Shown piece after piece: positions 1 through 8,123 of a stretch of DNA of 41,015 nucleotides; within the stretch, counting starts at the first letter, position 1, and each line of letters begins with the position of its first letter. Location: the IMG/VR virus record IMGVR_UViG_2880389630_000006; one strand, written 5' to 3'. Source of the DNA: a virus (Duplodnaviria > Heunggongvirae > Uroviricota > Caudoviricetes). The notes below the pieces were generated by a model. It searched no databases. It was given only the letters and a program-made list of their open reading frames with translations, and had not been told where the DNA came from. Both the position numbers and the translations under genes were made by a program.

Positions 1-516
1 ATGAAATTTAAAAAATGTCTTCTGCCTGTGGCAATGTTAGCGTCATTCACTCTGGCAGGATGCCAGTCAAATGCTGATGATCATGCCGCCGATGTTTATC
101 AAACCGATCAACTGAATACCAAACAAGAAACTAAAACCGTTAATATTATTTCCATTCTTCCCGCAAAAGTTGCCGTAGACAACGCCCAAAATAAACGGAA
201 CGCACAAGCCTTCGGCGCGCTTATTGGCGCTGTCGCTGGCGGTGTTATCGGCCACAACGTCGGGTCTGGCAGCAATTCCGGAACGACGGCAGGTGCAGTT
301 GGCGGCGGAGCTGTAGGCGCGGCAGCGGGTTCTATGGTGAATGATAAAACCTTAGTGGAAGGTGTTTCTTTAACATATAAGGAAGGCACCAAAGTGTATA
401 CCTCCACCCAAGTGGGTAAAGAGTGCCAGTTTACGACAGGTTTAGCCGTTGTTATTACCACGACGTATAACGAAACGCGTATTCAGCCAAATACCAAATG
501 TCCTGAAAAGAGCTAA
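1..516 (+). CDS. Lipoprotein with Gly/Ala-rich glycine-zipper-like segment; probable host-flank gene
   Basis: ATG at window position 1; N-terminal signal peptide with lipobox (LAGC); Gly/Ala-rich stretch GALIGAVAGGVIGHNVG...GAVGGGAVGAAAG typical of glycine-zipper membrane lipoproteins. Family assignment is by eye. Confidence 0.65.
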   Translation: MKFKKCLLPVAMLASFTLAGCQSNADDHAADVYQTDQLNTKQETKTVNIISILPAKVAVDNAQNKRNAQAFGALIGAVAGGVIGHNVGSGSNSGTTAGAVGGGAVGAAAGSMVNDKTLVEGVSLTYKEGTKVYTSTQVGKECQFTTGLAVVITTTYNETRIQPNTKCPEKS

Positions 517-531
517 TAATCAGGAGGAGTC

Positions 532-1071
532 ATGAAGAAAGTTTTTCTTTGCGCCATCTTAGCCTCCTTAAGCTATCCGGCTATCGCCTCATCATTGCAG
601 GATCAACTCTCGGCTGTCGCAGAAGCGGAACAGCAAGGTAAAAATGAAGAGCAAAGGCAGCATGACGAATGGGTCGCGGAGCGCAACAGGGAAATCCAGC
701 AAGAGAAGCAACGTCGCGCAAACGCCCAGGCCGCGGCTAATAAAAGAGCGGCAACGGCAGCAGCGAATAAGAAAGCTCGTCAGGATAAACTGGACGCCGA
801 AGCCACTGCGGACAAAAAACGCGATCAAAGTTATGAAGATGAGCTACGTAGCTTAGAGATTCAGAAACAAAAACTGGCGCTGGCGAAAGAAGAAGCCCGC
901 GTTAAGCGCGAAAACGAATTTATCGATCAGGAACTGAAGCACAAAGCTGCGCAAACCGATGTGGTGCAATCTGAAGCTGACGCAAACAGAAATATGACTG
1001 AAGGCGGTCGCGATCTGATGAAAAGCGTGGGTAAAGCAGAAGAGAATAAATCAGATAGCTGGTTTAACTAA
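532..1071 (+). CDS. Secreted Lys/Glu/Ala/Gln-rich coiled-coil protein; probable host-flank gene
   Basis: Strong SD (caggagga) 6 nt before ATG; cleavable signal peptide (AIASS); low-complexity charged repeats (AANKRAATAAANKKARQDKLDAEA). Function unknown. Confidence 0.6.
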   Translation: MKKVFLCAILASLSYPAIASSLQDQLSAVAEAEQQGKNEEQRQHDEWVAERNREIQQEKQRRANAQAAANKRAATAAANKKARQDKLDAEATADKKRDQSYEDELRSLEIQKQKLALAKEEARVKRENEFIDQELKHKAAQTDVVQSEADANRNMTEGGRDLMKSVGKAEENKSDSWFN

Positions 1072-1110
1072 ACGATGTTAGTAACTTCAAACCTATAATT
1101 CTTTAGGATA

Positions 1111-1142
1111 AAAAACCCTCTGTAGTAACAGAGGGTTTTGTT
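1111..1142. terminator. Rho-independent terminator, probably bidirectional
   Basis: Perfect 7-bp stem ccctctg/cagaggg (1116-1122 / 1129-1135), 6-nt loop, A-run upstream and T-run (ttttgtt) downstream. Confidence 0.8.
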
Positions 1143-1265
1143 CATTCATAGTGCAGGGTCAAATCATTCCCACTCAATTATTTACGGCATGCATAACCAA
1201 TTGACTGGTAACAACTTTCTGTAACCTGATTTTCACCGTACCGTTTTATATACCGTCACCGGAAA

Positions 1266-1763
1266 TCAGTGCCACGATTTTTGCTTCTTCAGTGAATCGT
1301 ATTGCTGCTCGCAGAATTCCCCTGCGATACGATACTTTTCAGCCTCAGCTGCTGTTGCGTTGTAAACTCGGTTGCTTTCTTCAAGCATGTCGGCGAGCAC
1401 ACCGATGACCTTGCTGGCTGGCGTGCCAGGGGGGAAAGATCCGGTATAGTGTTCGGCGAGCCGCCTGGTTTTGTCAAGCTCGGCGCGCATGCTGTCAGCA
1501 GCGGAATTAGCATACTCAGCATCAGCACGCGCCGCATCGATACGGGATTGTGCTTCACGTTCAATTTGTGTTTTCTCCTGCTCACGCTGTGACCTTAACT
1601 TATCATCAGCCTGTTTCTGATCTTCCTTCGCCTGAGCATACCCGGCATCGTACTGGCGGCTGCCATGCACATTCCAGGCAACAACTCCTGATATGACCAG
1701 AACAGCAAGCATCGCCATGACAACCAACTGTTTCCGGTATGCTTTTGCGAATGCCCAGATCAT
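1266..1763 (-). CDS. Rz-like i-spanin (lysis)
   Basis: N-terminal TM helix then long charged coiled-coil region; start overlaps endolysin stop (ATGA); last gene of the lysis cassette; contains an embedded +1-frame lipoprotein ORF. Confidence 0.65.
   Translation of the reverse strand: MIWAFAKAYRKQLVVMAMLAVLVISGVVAWNVHGSRQYDAGYAQAKEDQKQADDKLRSQREQEKTQIEREAQSRIDAARADAEYANSAADSMRAELDKTRRLAEHYTGSFPPGTPASKVIGVLADMLEESNRVYNATAAEAEKYRIAGEFCEQQYDSLKKQKSWH
1289..1537 (-). CDS. Rz1-like o-spanin lipoprotein embedded in Rz
   Basis: ATG at 1537 gives [17 protein letters not shown] (lipobox LTAC) followed by a Pro-rich short periplasmic segment, wholly inside the Rz gene in another frame. Classic Rz/Rz1 architecture. 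Confidence 0.5.
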   Translation of the reverse strand: MRRVLMLSMLIPLLTACAPSLTKPGGSPNTIPDLSPLARQPARSSVCSPTCLKKATEFTTQQQLRLKSIVSQGNSASSNTIH

Positions 1764-2389
1764 ACCGCCAGCACCTTACTGGCAGTGATGTACCGCACGC
1801 GCCGGTCGTCGATGCCATTCCTGCCACCATTGATAATCAGAGTTACACGTGCAATATCGCCGGTATACTTCATGCAACCTTTGCTGGAGAAGAACCACGC
1901 CGCGCTACGAGCCGCGTATTCGTCCTGCGCCAACAGTTCAGGATTCTCCAGCAGGTCCACTTTCAGGCCGTTTCCGCAATCACGATAGTTATTCAAACCG
2001 GTAATCTGGATAAGTCCGCGGCCACGGTAATTCCAGCCATCACCAGAGGCATTGTTCCCCATGCGTTTGCTGTACACCAGATTGGCAATCGCACGCTGGC
2101 GCTCAGGTGGCAATGGTGGCTCGCCTGCACGACGACCCAATGCGTTAGCCTGTCCCTGAGTAAGACGACCGGCACGAACGAAGTTAGCCAGTCCGGTGAC
2201 GCTGTAATTGAAATTCTCCTGCAACCTGGTGAAGCCACCAGACTCATGCCCGACCTGAGCAATAAACATTGCCTGATCTTCGGGTTTTCTGATACCAAAC
2301 TCTTTCATCGCAGAAGTTATATGCGAGAACCAGCGTGCGGCCAGAGCCTCGCTAATACCAGCAGCTCGCTGGAATTGTTTAATCTCCAT
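1760..2389 (-). CDS. Endolysin, glycoside hydrolase family 19 (chitinase-like) type
   Basis: Internal ATG at 2389 ([11 protein letters not shown]...) preceded by GAGG; motifs [12 protein letters not shown] and [13 protein letters not shown] typical of GH19 phage endolysins. The ORF-track N-terminal extension is rejected. Confidence 0.85.
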   Translation of the reverse strand: MEIKQFQRAAGISEALAARWFSHITSAMKEFGIRKPEDQAMFIAQVGHESGGFTRLQENFNYSVTGLANFVRAGRLTQGQANALGRRAGEPPLPPERQRAIANLVYSKRMGNNASGDGWNYRGRGLIQITGLNNYRDCGNGLKVDLLENPELLAQDEYAARSAAWFFSSKGCMKYTGDIARVTLIINGGRNGIDDRRVRYITASKVLAV

Positions 2390-2687
2390 GTTTAGACCTC
2401 GATGTTTTGAAAATCTGAACAACGTTACCGCGTGTTTTAATAACCGCGGCAAGCATGACAGCGTTGATAATGACCTCAGATAAATCCACAGCCATTGGCG
2501 TACGTAACCAGATTGCATAGGCGACACGAACAGGAATACTGGCCGCAGCAACAATAAGGAAATAAGCAAGCCACCCTCCCCATCTTCGATGTTGAGAGCC
2601 GTTACGCCGGAATGTGACAACGCGAATTGCTATGCCAGTACAAATAATTGCATTGGTGATAAGCAAAACAAGCTCATTAGTTACCAT
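2379..2687 (-). CDS. Holin/antiholin-like small membrane protein
   Basis: 102 aa, 3 predicted TM helices, good SD (gggag), immediately upstream of and overlapping the endolysin start. Confidence 0.5.
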   Translation of the reverse strand: MVTNELVLLITNAIICTGIAIRVVTFRRNGSQHRRWGGWLAYFLIVAAASIPVRVAYAIWLRTPMAVDLSEVIINAVMLAAVIKTRGNVVQIFKTSRSKHGD

Positions 2688-3078
2688 CGCCTTTTCTCCC
2701 AGGAATTAACTGGCGTGGATTATCAGAACGGTGATAGAGCCATATACCAATTCGCACTGCGACAATTGCTGACACGAATGCGCCAGCAGAGAAAACAATC
2801 CCTTTCTCGAAAGAGTCCTGCGTGATGGTAGGTATCATGCTGGCTATTCCGATAAGAATTGATGTTGTTGGTTTGTAAAAGAGAAGACCACAAAGAAAGC
2901 TGAGTATCGACAAGAGTACACGACGACGAACAGGATACTCTACAGCAGAGGTAACAAATATTACCGCACCAGCCAGAGCACCGAGAGCCACCTCTGGCGG
3001 AACGCCGTAGACGACAGAGGCCAGCGCACCCAAGCTTAACCCTTGATTCAGTGAATCCGCCGTAACCGTGCCATTCAT
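2677..3078 (-). CDS. Holin-like membrane protein
   Basis: About 133 aa from ATG at 3078 (the track start at 3087 is GTG); several hydrophobic helices; first gene of the lysis cassette. Confidence 0.5.
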   Translation of the reverse strand: MNGTVTADSLNQGLSLGALASVVYGVPPEVALGALAGAVIFVTSAVEYPVRRRVLLSILSFLCGLLFYKPTTSILIGIASMIPTITQDSFEKGIVFSAGAFVSAIVAVRIGIWLYHRSDNPRQLIPGRKGDGN

Positions 3079-3175
3079 GGTAACCACCGTTTATTGTGCA
3101 TAAAAACCCCCTTAGAAGATGAGGTCCATCATACACAATAAACCATTTACGGATAATAATTACCTAAATTTGGTC

Positions 3176-5827
3176 TTATTTTGATTCCAATAGTTCGAGT
3201 CGCTCTTCAATACGATCGCATCGACGGCGCTGATATGCAGCCTCAAGCCAAGCGCACTGGTCAGGCCGTATACCCCATGAACTACCCGCTTTTTTAACCA
3301 GCCTCTGTTCTCCGGTGTCATATTCGACGGTGACCAACTCACCAGACGTATCGGTAATCTCTTTAGTCGCGATTACCGGCTCAAAAATATCATCCCACTC
3401 GTCATAGCAAAGAAGGCCAAATCTGGTTCCATCAATTCCGTGCGCCAAGAATACATCCCTTACCTGCTGAGCCATGACGCCAAAATGCCATCTGGCACCA
3501 TCGCCCTTCATGGATATAGCGTCGAGCCATCGATACGCCACAACAGAAATATCGCCCCAGGCATCAAGAATGCTGTCTCTATCAGAAGAAAGCATTTCAC
3601 TTAAATCTGATATTGCCTCGGGATTGGTTTTCAGCGTGGCATCTGATGAAACGGTTGGGGCATTTGCAAAGTAGGCGTCTTTAATACGAAACGATGCCTG
3701 ACCAAAATTATAGGTATTGTCAGCAAACGGGCGAAGACCTGTATCATAAAACCGCCAGCGTATGGTTCCTCCCAATGCTGTCGGGTCGCTGTTGCATGCA
3801 ATATCCACCGTGGTGGCAGACCTAAACACAGAAGAACTACCGCCCAATACCAAGCTATTTGCGCTAGCTGTAGCCTGCTGGTCAAGGACCAATATTTTCT
3901 GAGAGTTTGTAGTTGCACCGGCATATGATGATGCAGTGATGCGGTTTAATTGGTTTGTATCAGGATCTGCGTTTTGCTGAATGGTTAAGTTAGATGCCCA
4001 CTGTGCCGGTCGCTGGCGCACAAATACAAAGTCACCAGAAGGATTAGTTGCAACCAAATAACTAATGCCACTATCAGATGAATAATAGTTGACTATAAAA
4101 GTCTGATTATTCGCATTCAGTATTTCAACATATGTGCTGGAAGGGATTGCCACGCCAGATATATCAGCAATGCTGACAGTCCCTGTGTAAAAATTAAATG
4201 CCTTCTGACTCATCTCCTGCATATAGCGAAGAATTTCAGTCATGTTAGTGAACAACGTACCATCTACAGGGTTAACAATCCCCTTCGCACTACGGGGATA
4301 TACCCCAATGCTCGCGTGATCGATATCAAATCCGCGGTAAAGCCTGGATGCAGGTGTAAAATCGATAGCATCTTTATCAGTGGAGAAATCTTCGAAAATA
4401 ACCAAACCTGAATTGTAAGGTTCAGAGCCAGTTCTTTCCTGATGAATGTAAAGTGAATAAATGGATTTTCCATCCTGAGAAACACAAACGCCTTCATTTT
4501 CTATGCGAGTGACGTTCAATCCTGCGGCTTTCATTAAATCCATCATGGCCTGAGGATGAAGCATTGATTCAGTTCGCTTTGTACCGTCAGGGTTAAAAAC
4601 TTTGCTGCCCTGATATTCGTTATATCCTGCGCTTCCTGCCCCATCAGCTATGAAGCCGCCATAGCCGCAGACAAAGTAGTTATCACCTACCGCAATACCC
4701 TGACGCTTGTTGAAATAAGGCGCATAAGGTGAGGTGCTTTTAGTTACATACCCAACATCATGTAACGGCAGCGTTATAGTTGACAGGCGATTGAAACCAC
4801 TGTCGAACACTGCAAGTACAGTTCTTGTGATTTTCTGTCCTACTTCTGGCGCATTCTGCTCAACGAGCCATATACCTCTTCTGTAGCTGAACTGGTTGAA
4901 TAATCCAACATCATGGTTTTGTACAAGAGGCAGATTGCTTCCGTATAATGCCCCCTCCATATTAAATTCACGCAGTATTCCGTTTGTGTGACCAACAAAC
5001 ATTTTTTTGGGGCCATAGTCTGACGTAACCACGATTCCTTCAGCAGCGAAGCCTGGGCCGCCAGCCTGAACATAGAAATAACCTTGATAAATACCAGATA
5101 TGTTAAATACTGCGACGACATTATTCGTCTGTTTAGGCTCAAATGGATAAGTGATGTATATCAAATCTTCGCTAACGCAGAATCCTTGAGGATACATATA
5201 AGTTGCTGACGGGTTAGCAGCCATAATCGCATCATATTCAGGAAAAAGAAGCGGCATCGTAGCTACAATCTTTCTTTGGTGATTTGTAAAAATATCGTTT
5301 TTAGCGCTGTTAGGTGTAGGCGTTACACCTCCAGTAAAAAGATCATCAACATAACCTTTATTGACAGCATCGTTTCTGTCAGTGGCATTTGCTAGATTTG
5401 ATATCTTATTATTTTTTGCATCATAATAGTTAGCCAGAATGCTTGGTTTTATAAGTGCTAACCTCATCCATGAAAAACACTTTTGAATAAGCATTGTCAG
5501 TTTATCGAACGCGTCTTCATGTACCTCAGCGAAGAACTTACCCTGATTACGCAAATCAGTATCCTGCGTAACCGGGAGCTCTCGTGATATAGAAATATGA
5601 TAACCGTTAGCCAACGCCTTCGACAGAATTACATTACCGCCATTATATCCTCCAGCATTGGTTACTGTGTAGTCAGTATCCAGAACCAATTCTGTTACGT
5701 TCCCGTTCAGGTCAGACACCTGAACAACCAGGTCGGATTTTTTGAAAATACGGAAGGTATACGGAAATGATGTCGTAGCTCCGTTACCGGTGTATTCGTT
5801 GTGGTCAACTTCGGTTGAGACCGTCAT
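3176..5827 (-). CDS. Tailspike / tail fibre with C-terminal intramolecular chaperone (peptidase S74-like) domain
   Basis: 883 aa. C-terminus (GDISVVAYRWLDAISMKGDGARWHFGVMAQQVRDVFLAHGIDGTRFGLLCYDEWDD) matches the auto-cleaving chaperone domain of endosialidase/tail-fibre proteins. Central domain of unknown specificity. Confidence 0.8.
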   Translation of the reverse strand: MTVSTEVDHNEYTGNGATTSFPYTFRIFKKSDLVVQVSDLNGNVTELVLDTDYTVTNAGGYNGGNVILSKALANGYHISISRELPVTQDTDLRNQGKFFAEVHEDAFDKLTMLIQKCFSWMRLALIKPSILANYYDAKNNKISNLANATDRNDAVNKGYVDDLFTGGVTPTPNSAKNDIFTNHQRKIVATMPLLFPEYDAIMAANPSATYMYPQGFCVSEDLIYITYPFEPKQTNNVVAVFNISGIYQGYFYVQAGGPGFAAEGIVVTSDYGPKKMFVGHTNGILREFNMEGALYGSNLPLVQNHDVGLFNQFSYRRGIWLVEQNAPEVGQKITRTVLAVFDSGFNRLSTITLPLHDVGYVTKSTSPYAPYFNKRQGIAVGDNYFVCGYGGFIADGAGSAGYNEYQGSKVFNPDGTKRTESMLHPQAMMDLMKAAGLNVTRIENEGVCVSQDGKSIYSLYIHQERTGSEPYNSGLVIFEDFSTDKDAIDFTPASRLYRGFDIDHASIGVYPRSAKGIVNPVDGTLFTNMTEILRYMQEMSQKAFNFYTGTVSIADISGVAIPSSTYVEILNANNQTFIVNYYSSDSGISYLVATNPSGDFVFVRQRPAQWASNLTIQQNADPDTNQLNRITASSYAGATTNSQKILVLDQQATASANSLVLGGSSSVFRSATTVDIACNSDPTALGGTIRWRFYDTGLRPFADNTYNFGQASFRIKDAYFANAPTVSSDATLKTNPEAISDLSEMLSSDRDSILDAWGDISVVAYRWLDAISMKGDGARWHFGVMAQQVRDVFLAHGIDGTRFGLLCYDEWDDIFEPVIATKEITDTSGELVTVEYDTGEQRLVKKAGSSWGIRPDQCAWLEAAYQRRRCDRIEERLELLESK

Positions 5828-5930
5828 GTTAAATCTCCAGATAGTCGCAGCACCCGTTGCGCCGCATATCTGGTTATTCTATTACCTGGAAAACCACATA
5901 TGGATAGAAAGGCTGTAAATACGAATAGAT

Positions 5931-5947
5931 ATTACCTTTCAGGTAAT
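5931..5947. promoter_or_regulatory. 17-bp palindromic operator ATTACC-TTTCA-GGTAAT
   Basis: Perfect inverted repeat; same motif family recurs at the immunity region and other promoters (see findings). Confidence 0.55.
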
Positions 5948-5983
5948 TTGCAAAACGTGCTGGATAGCAAACAAATTATTTGC

Positions 5984-6003
5984 TACTGTATAAATATACA
6001 GTT
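5984..6003. promoter_or_regulatory. LexA (SOS) box
   Basis: TACTGTATAAATATACAGTT = CTGT-N8-ACAG with AT-rich centre, near-perfect match to the E. coli LexA consensus TACTGTATATATATACAGTA; lies 20 bp upstream of the ATG at 6023 and overlaps a TATAAA -10-like hexamer. Confidence 0.7.
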
Positions 6004-6022
6004 ATTGCATGGAGAAGATAAG

Positions 6023-6280
6023 ATGCAGCAGTATCACTATCCACTGGAAGACGGATTTACCGAAAGGATTCACACGCCGGGAGGCGTCAGGTCACTGGTG
6101 GAGGGATCGCACTTGATGAAATTACTCCGGGATCTCGATAAGGATGGATTTAATGTCGATGGCCCACTTGCCGAACTGACTGCACTGATTAACTACGTCA
6201 CCAGCTCACAGATGTCTATGCAGGATCTGCAAACACATCTCGACTATTGTGCCGAACAATTACGAAAACAAACCAGATAA
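6023..6280 (+). CDS. Small protein paralogous to the C-terminal domain of the downstream antirepressor; candidate LexA-controlled antirepressor
   Basis: 85 aa from ATG at 6023 with SD ggagaag; LLRDLDKDGFNVDGPLAELTALINYVTSSQMSMQDLQTHLDY aligns with LLNQLQDDGHDVSGAAAELTTMFCYIVGVSKCLRDIQTHAEY in the 6593-7279 protein. The longer track ORF from 5900 is rejected because it would run through the operator, promoter and LexA box. Confidence 0.6.
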   Translation: MQQYHYPLEDGFTERIHTPGGVRSLVEGSHLMKLLRDLDKDGFNVDGPLAELTALINYVTSSQMSMQDLQTHLDYCAEQLRKQTR

Positions 6281-6310
6281 GGTTTGCAATTACCAAGTGG
6301 AGTGCTTAAA

Positions 6311-6327
6311 TTTACCTTTGCGGTAAA
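6311..6327. promoter_or_regulatory. Operator-like palindrome TTTACC-TTTGC-GGTAAA
   Basis: Same 6-5-6 inverted-repeat family, in the leader between the small paralog and the Bro-N antirepressor gene. Confidence 0.45.
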
Positions 6328-6592
6328 TTTACATCGCACTCCTCTTGTGCCATAGTAATCAGGCACTGGCAAAATCCAGTGCCGGGATTGGCGTCCCGGG
6401 TTACTACAGAGGCACATATGCCGCATAAGCGGTTTTTTTATGTGTAAAGCGCACCTATTCTATGGTGGGCTGTGTGGGGGCACCGAAAGGTGCGCCGGGT
6501 CCTTTGTAGCCGGTTACGCCAACCCTGCACAGTTCACCACCAACCGATTGGCGTCGGTAGTGGTGATTAACCTAACTACAAAGGTGATCACT

Positions 6593-7279
6593 ATGACTGC
6601 TAACGTAACCCCATCTGTTTTTCATTTTGAATCAGAAGCAACCATTCGAGCCATTGTTATTGATGGAAATCCTTGGTTTGTTGCCAAAGACGTTATTAAA
6701 GCTCTTCAACTGACAAACCCCACTATGTCAATAAAATCTCTTGATGATGATGAAAGGGCTAAATTTAACTTAGGCCGTCAAGGCGAAACCAATATTATCA
6801 ACGAGTCAGGCCTCTACACACTGATCCTCCGCTGCCGCGACGCAGTGACACCAGGCACTATCCCCTACCGCTTTCGTAAATGGGTTACAGGTGAGGTTCT
6901 TCCTCAGATCCGCCGCACCGGAAGTTACATTAAAAACTCGCTCCCGCAGGAAGAACGCATAAAGATGGTTGCCGACCAGGTAGCCAACGCCACAGCATCA
7001 GCAGTGATGCAGGCAATGAAGATAGAGAACAAAACCTACAGCGCCCCACTGAAGCCCGGCTACCGCAGTCTGATTCATTCTCCGTCTGGTGTTCTCGGCC
7101 TGACGGAGAACTCACTGCTGATGAATCTGCTGAACCAGTTACAGGACGACGGGCACGACGTATCGGGTGCGGCGGCAGAGCTGACCACCATGTTTTGCTA
7201 CATCGTCGGTGTGAGCAAATGCCTGCGTGATATCCAGACGCACGCGGAGTACATCAACGACAAGGCAGGGTTCTTCTGA
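6593..7279 (+). CDS. Phage antirepressor, Bro-N domain family
   Basis: ATG at 6593 with SD aaggtga; N-terminus (IRAIVIDGNPWFVAKDVIKALQL...ESGLYTLILRCRDAVTPGTIPYRFRKWVTGEVLPQIRRTGSY) is Bro-N/antirepressor-like. Confidence 0.8.
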   Translation: MTANVTPSVFHFESEATIRAIVIDGNPWFVAKDVIKALQLTNPTMSIKSLDDDERAKFNLGRQGETNIINESGLYTLILRCRDAVTPGTIPYRFRKWVTGEVLPQIRRTGSYIKNSLPQEERIKMVADQVANATASAVMQAMKIENKTYSAPLKPGYRSLIHSPSGVLGLTENSLLMNLLNQLQDDGHDVSGAAAELTTMFCYIVGVSKCLRDIQTHAEYINDKAGFF

Positions 7280-7343
7280 CGAGCGGCGGCACAGGGATGT
7301 GCCTTTAAATAATTCTGTACAGATTGCAGGTGAATAGCTTACT

Positions 7344-7360
7344 ATTACCTCACGGGTGAT
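7344..7360. promoter_or_regulatory. Operator-like site ATTACC-TCACG-GGTGAT (one mismatch)
   Basis: Same motif family; right half GGTGAT equals the lambda operator half-site. Confidence 0.35.
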
Positions 7361-7447
7361 CCATAGCGATTAGGCACCGATACAGGAGGAGCCCACATGA
7401 GAAAATTTGACGAGTACGAAGGCGTTTAACATTCGGATAGTTTAATG

Positions 7448-7471
7448 ACGGGGCCATTAGGCCCCGTTTTC
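7448..7471 (+). terminator. Rho-independent terminator / possible attenuator
   Basis: Stem acggggcc/ggccccgt with loop atta, then TTTT; sits between a 10-codon micro-ORF (7397-7429, strong AGGAGG SD) and the GTG start of the 7489 gene. Confidence 0.7.
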
Positions 7472-7488
7472 ATGTCTGGAGACAGTTT

Positions 7489-8028
7489 GTGTTAAGTGAA
7501 GAAATGCAATTTGCCATGGCTGTGGCTCAAATCGTAAGTGCAGTCGCGGTTTCGCTTGGCTTGTTCATAGCTATCGCTACTATTATTTATAATGTAAATA
7601 CAGCGAGAAAAGTACACACTTCAGTATTCCTTGGTGAAAGCAGGTTTGATGTAGATTATAAGAAAGGCCTATCTACTATGCGCCGCATTCACGAATCGAA
7701 CAAATCATTCCGCTCTTATATGTATCCAAGCAATGGGCAGGCTGATCTTACGGATGAAGAAAAGACAGAGAAGAGAGAAATAATTTACTGTCTAGGTTTC
7801 TACGAACGCATGGCTGTGAGCGTGAAGCGGAAAACTTATGATGAGACCATGATTAAGGAAGTATTTTACAGCTCCGTTGTAAATAACTATCAGATTGCGC
7901 TACCTCTTATACAAGCCATTAGAGAAAAAGAAAACATAAACACATATTTTAAAGAATATGAATGGTTGGCCACACGATGGAAGGATTGCCCATTGAAGGA
8001 TAAATCCCCGTGGTACAAGTTTTGGTAA
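7489..8028 (+). CDS. Membrane-anchored protein of unknown function (AT-rich moron; candidate superinfection-exclusion or abortive-infection protein)
   Basis: 179 aa; GTG start with SD ggag 8 nt upstream (alternative ATG at 7504); single N-terminal TM helix (AMAVAQIVSAVAVSLGLFIAIATIIY) then a soluble domain; markedly AT-rich relative to its neighbours; opposite strand to the structural operon. Confidence 0.6.
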   Translation: MLSEEMQFAMAVAQIVSAVAVSLGLFIAIATIIYNVNTARKVHTSVFLGESRFDVDYKKGLSTMRRIHESNKSFRSYMYPSNGQADLTDEEKTEKREIIYCLGFYERMAVSVKRKTYDETMIKEVFYSSVVNNYQIALPLIQAIREKENINTYFKEYEWLATRWKDCPLKDKSPWYKFW

Positions 8029-8029
8029 G

Positions 8030-8052
8030 CCAGCGCTGCGGGCTTTTTTTTG
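8030..8052 (+). terminator. Probable intrinsic terminator after the membrane-protein gene
   Basis: GC-rich imperfect dyad (gccagcgctgcgggc) immediately followed by TTTTTTTT. Confidence 0.45.
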
Positions 8053-8123
8053 TGGACGAAACAAAAGTCAGTGCTACACTCATTGACGCCACATTGAGGT
8101 GGCTTATGGATGGAAATTTCACA

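Noticed and set aside
3160-3342. 60-aa minus-strand ORF overlapping the 3' end of the tailspike gene
   Set aside because: Lies entirely within the tailspike coding region and its stop in another frame; no independent SD; treated as a shadow ORF.
5900-6022. Track-predicted N-terminal extension of the small antirepressor paralog (start at 5900)
   Set aside because: The extension would be translated through the operator, promoter and LexA box and has no SD; the internal ATG at 6023 has a good SD.
6440-6592. Track-predicted N-terminal extension of the Bro-N antirepressor (start at 6440)
   Set aside because: Region has non-coding character (hairpins, operator); the ATG at 6593 has a proper SD and begins the conserved Bro-N domain.
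8010-8123. Full-length 91-aa ORF 8010-8285
   Set aside because: Overlaps the end of the preceding gene and its terminator; only the signal-peptide-containing 3' part (from 8124) is plausible, and even that is low confidence.
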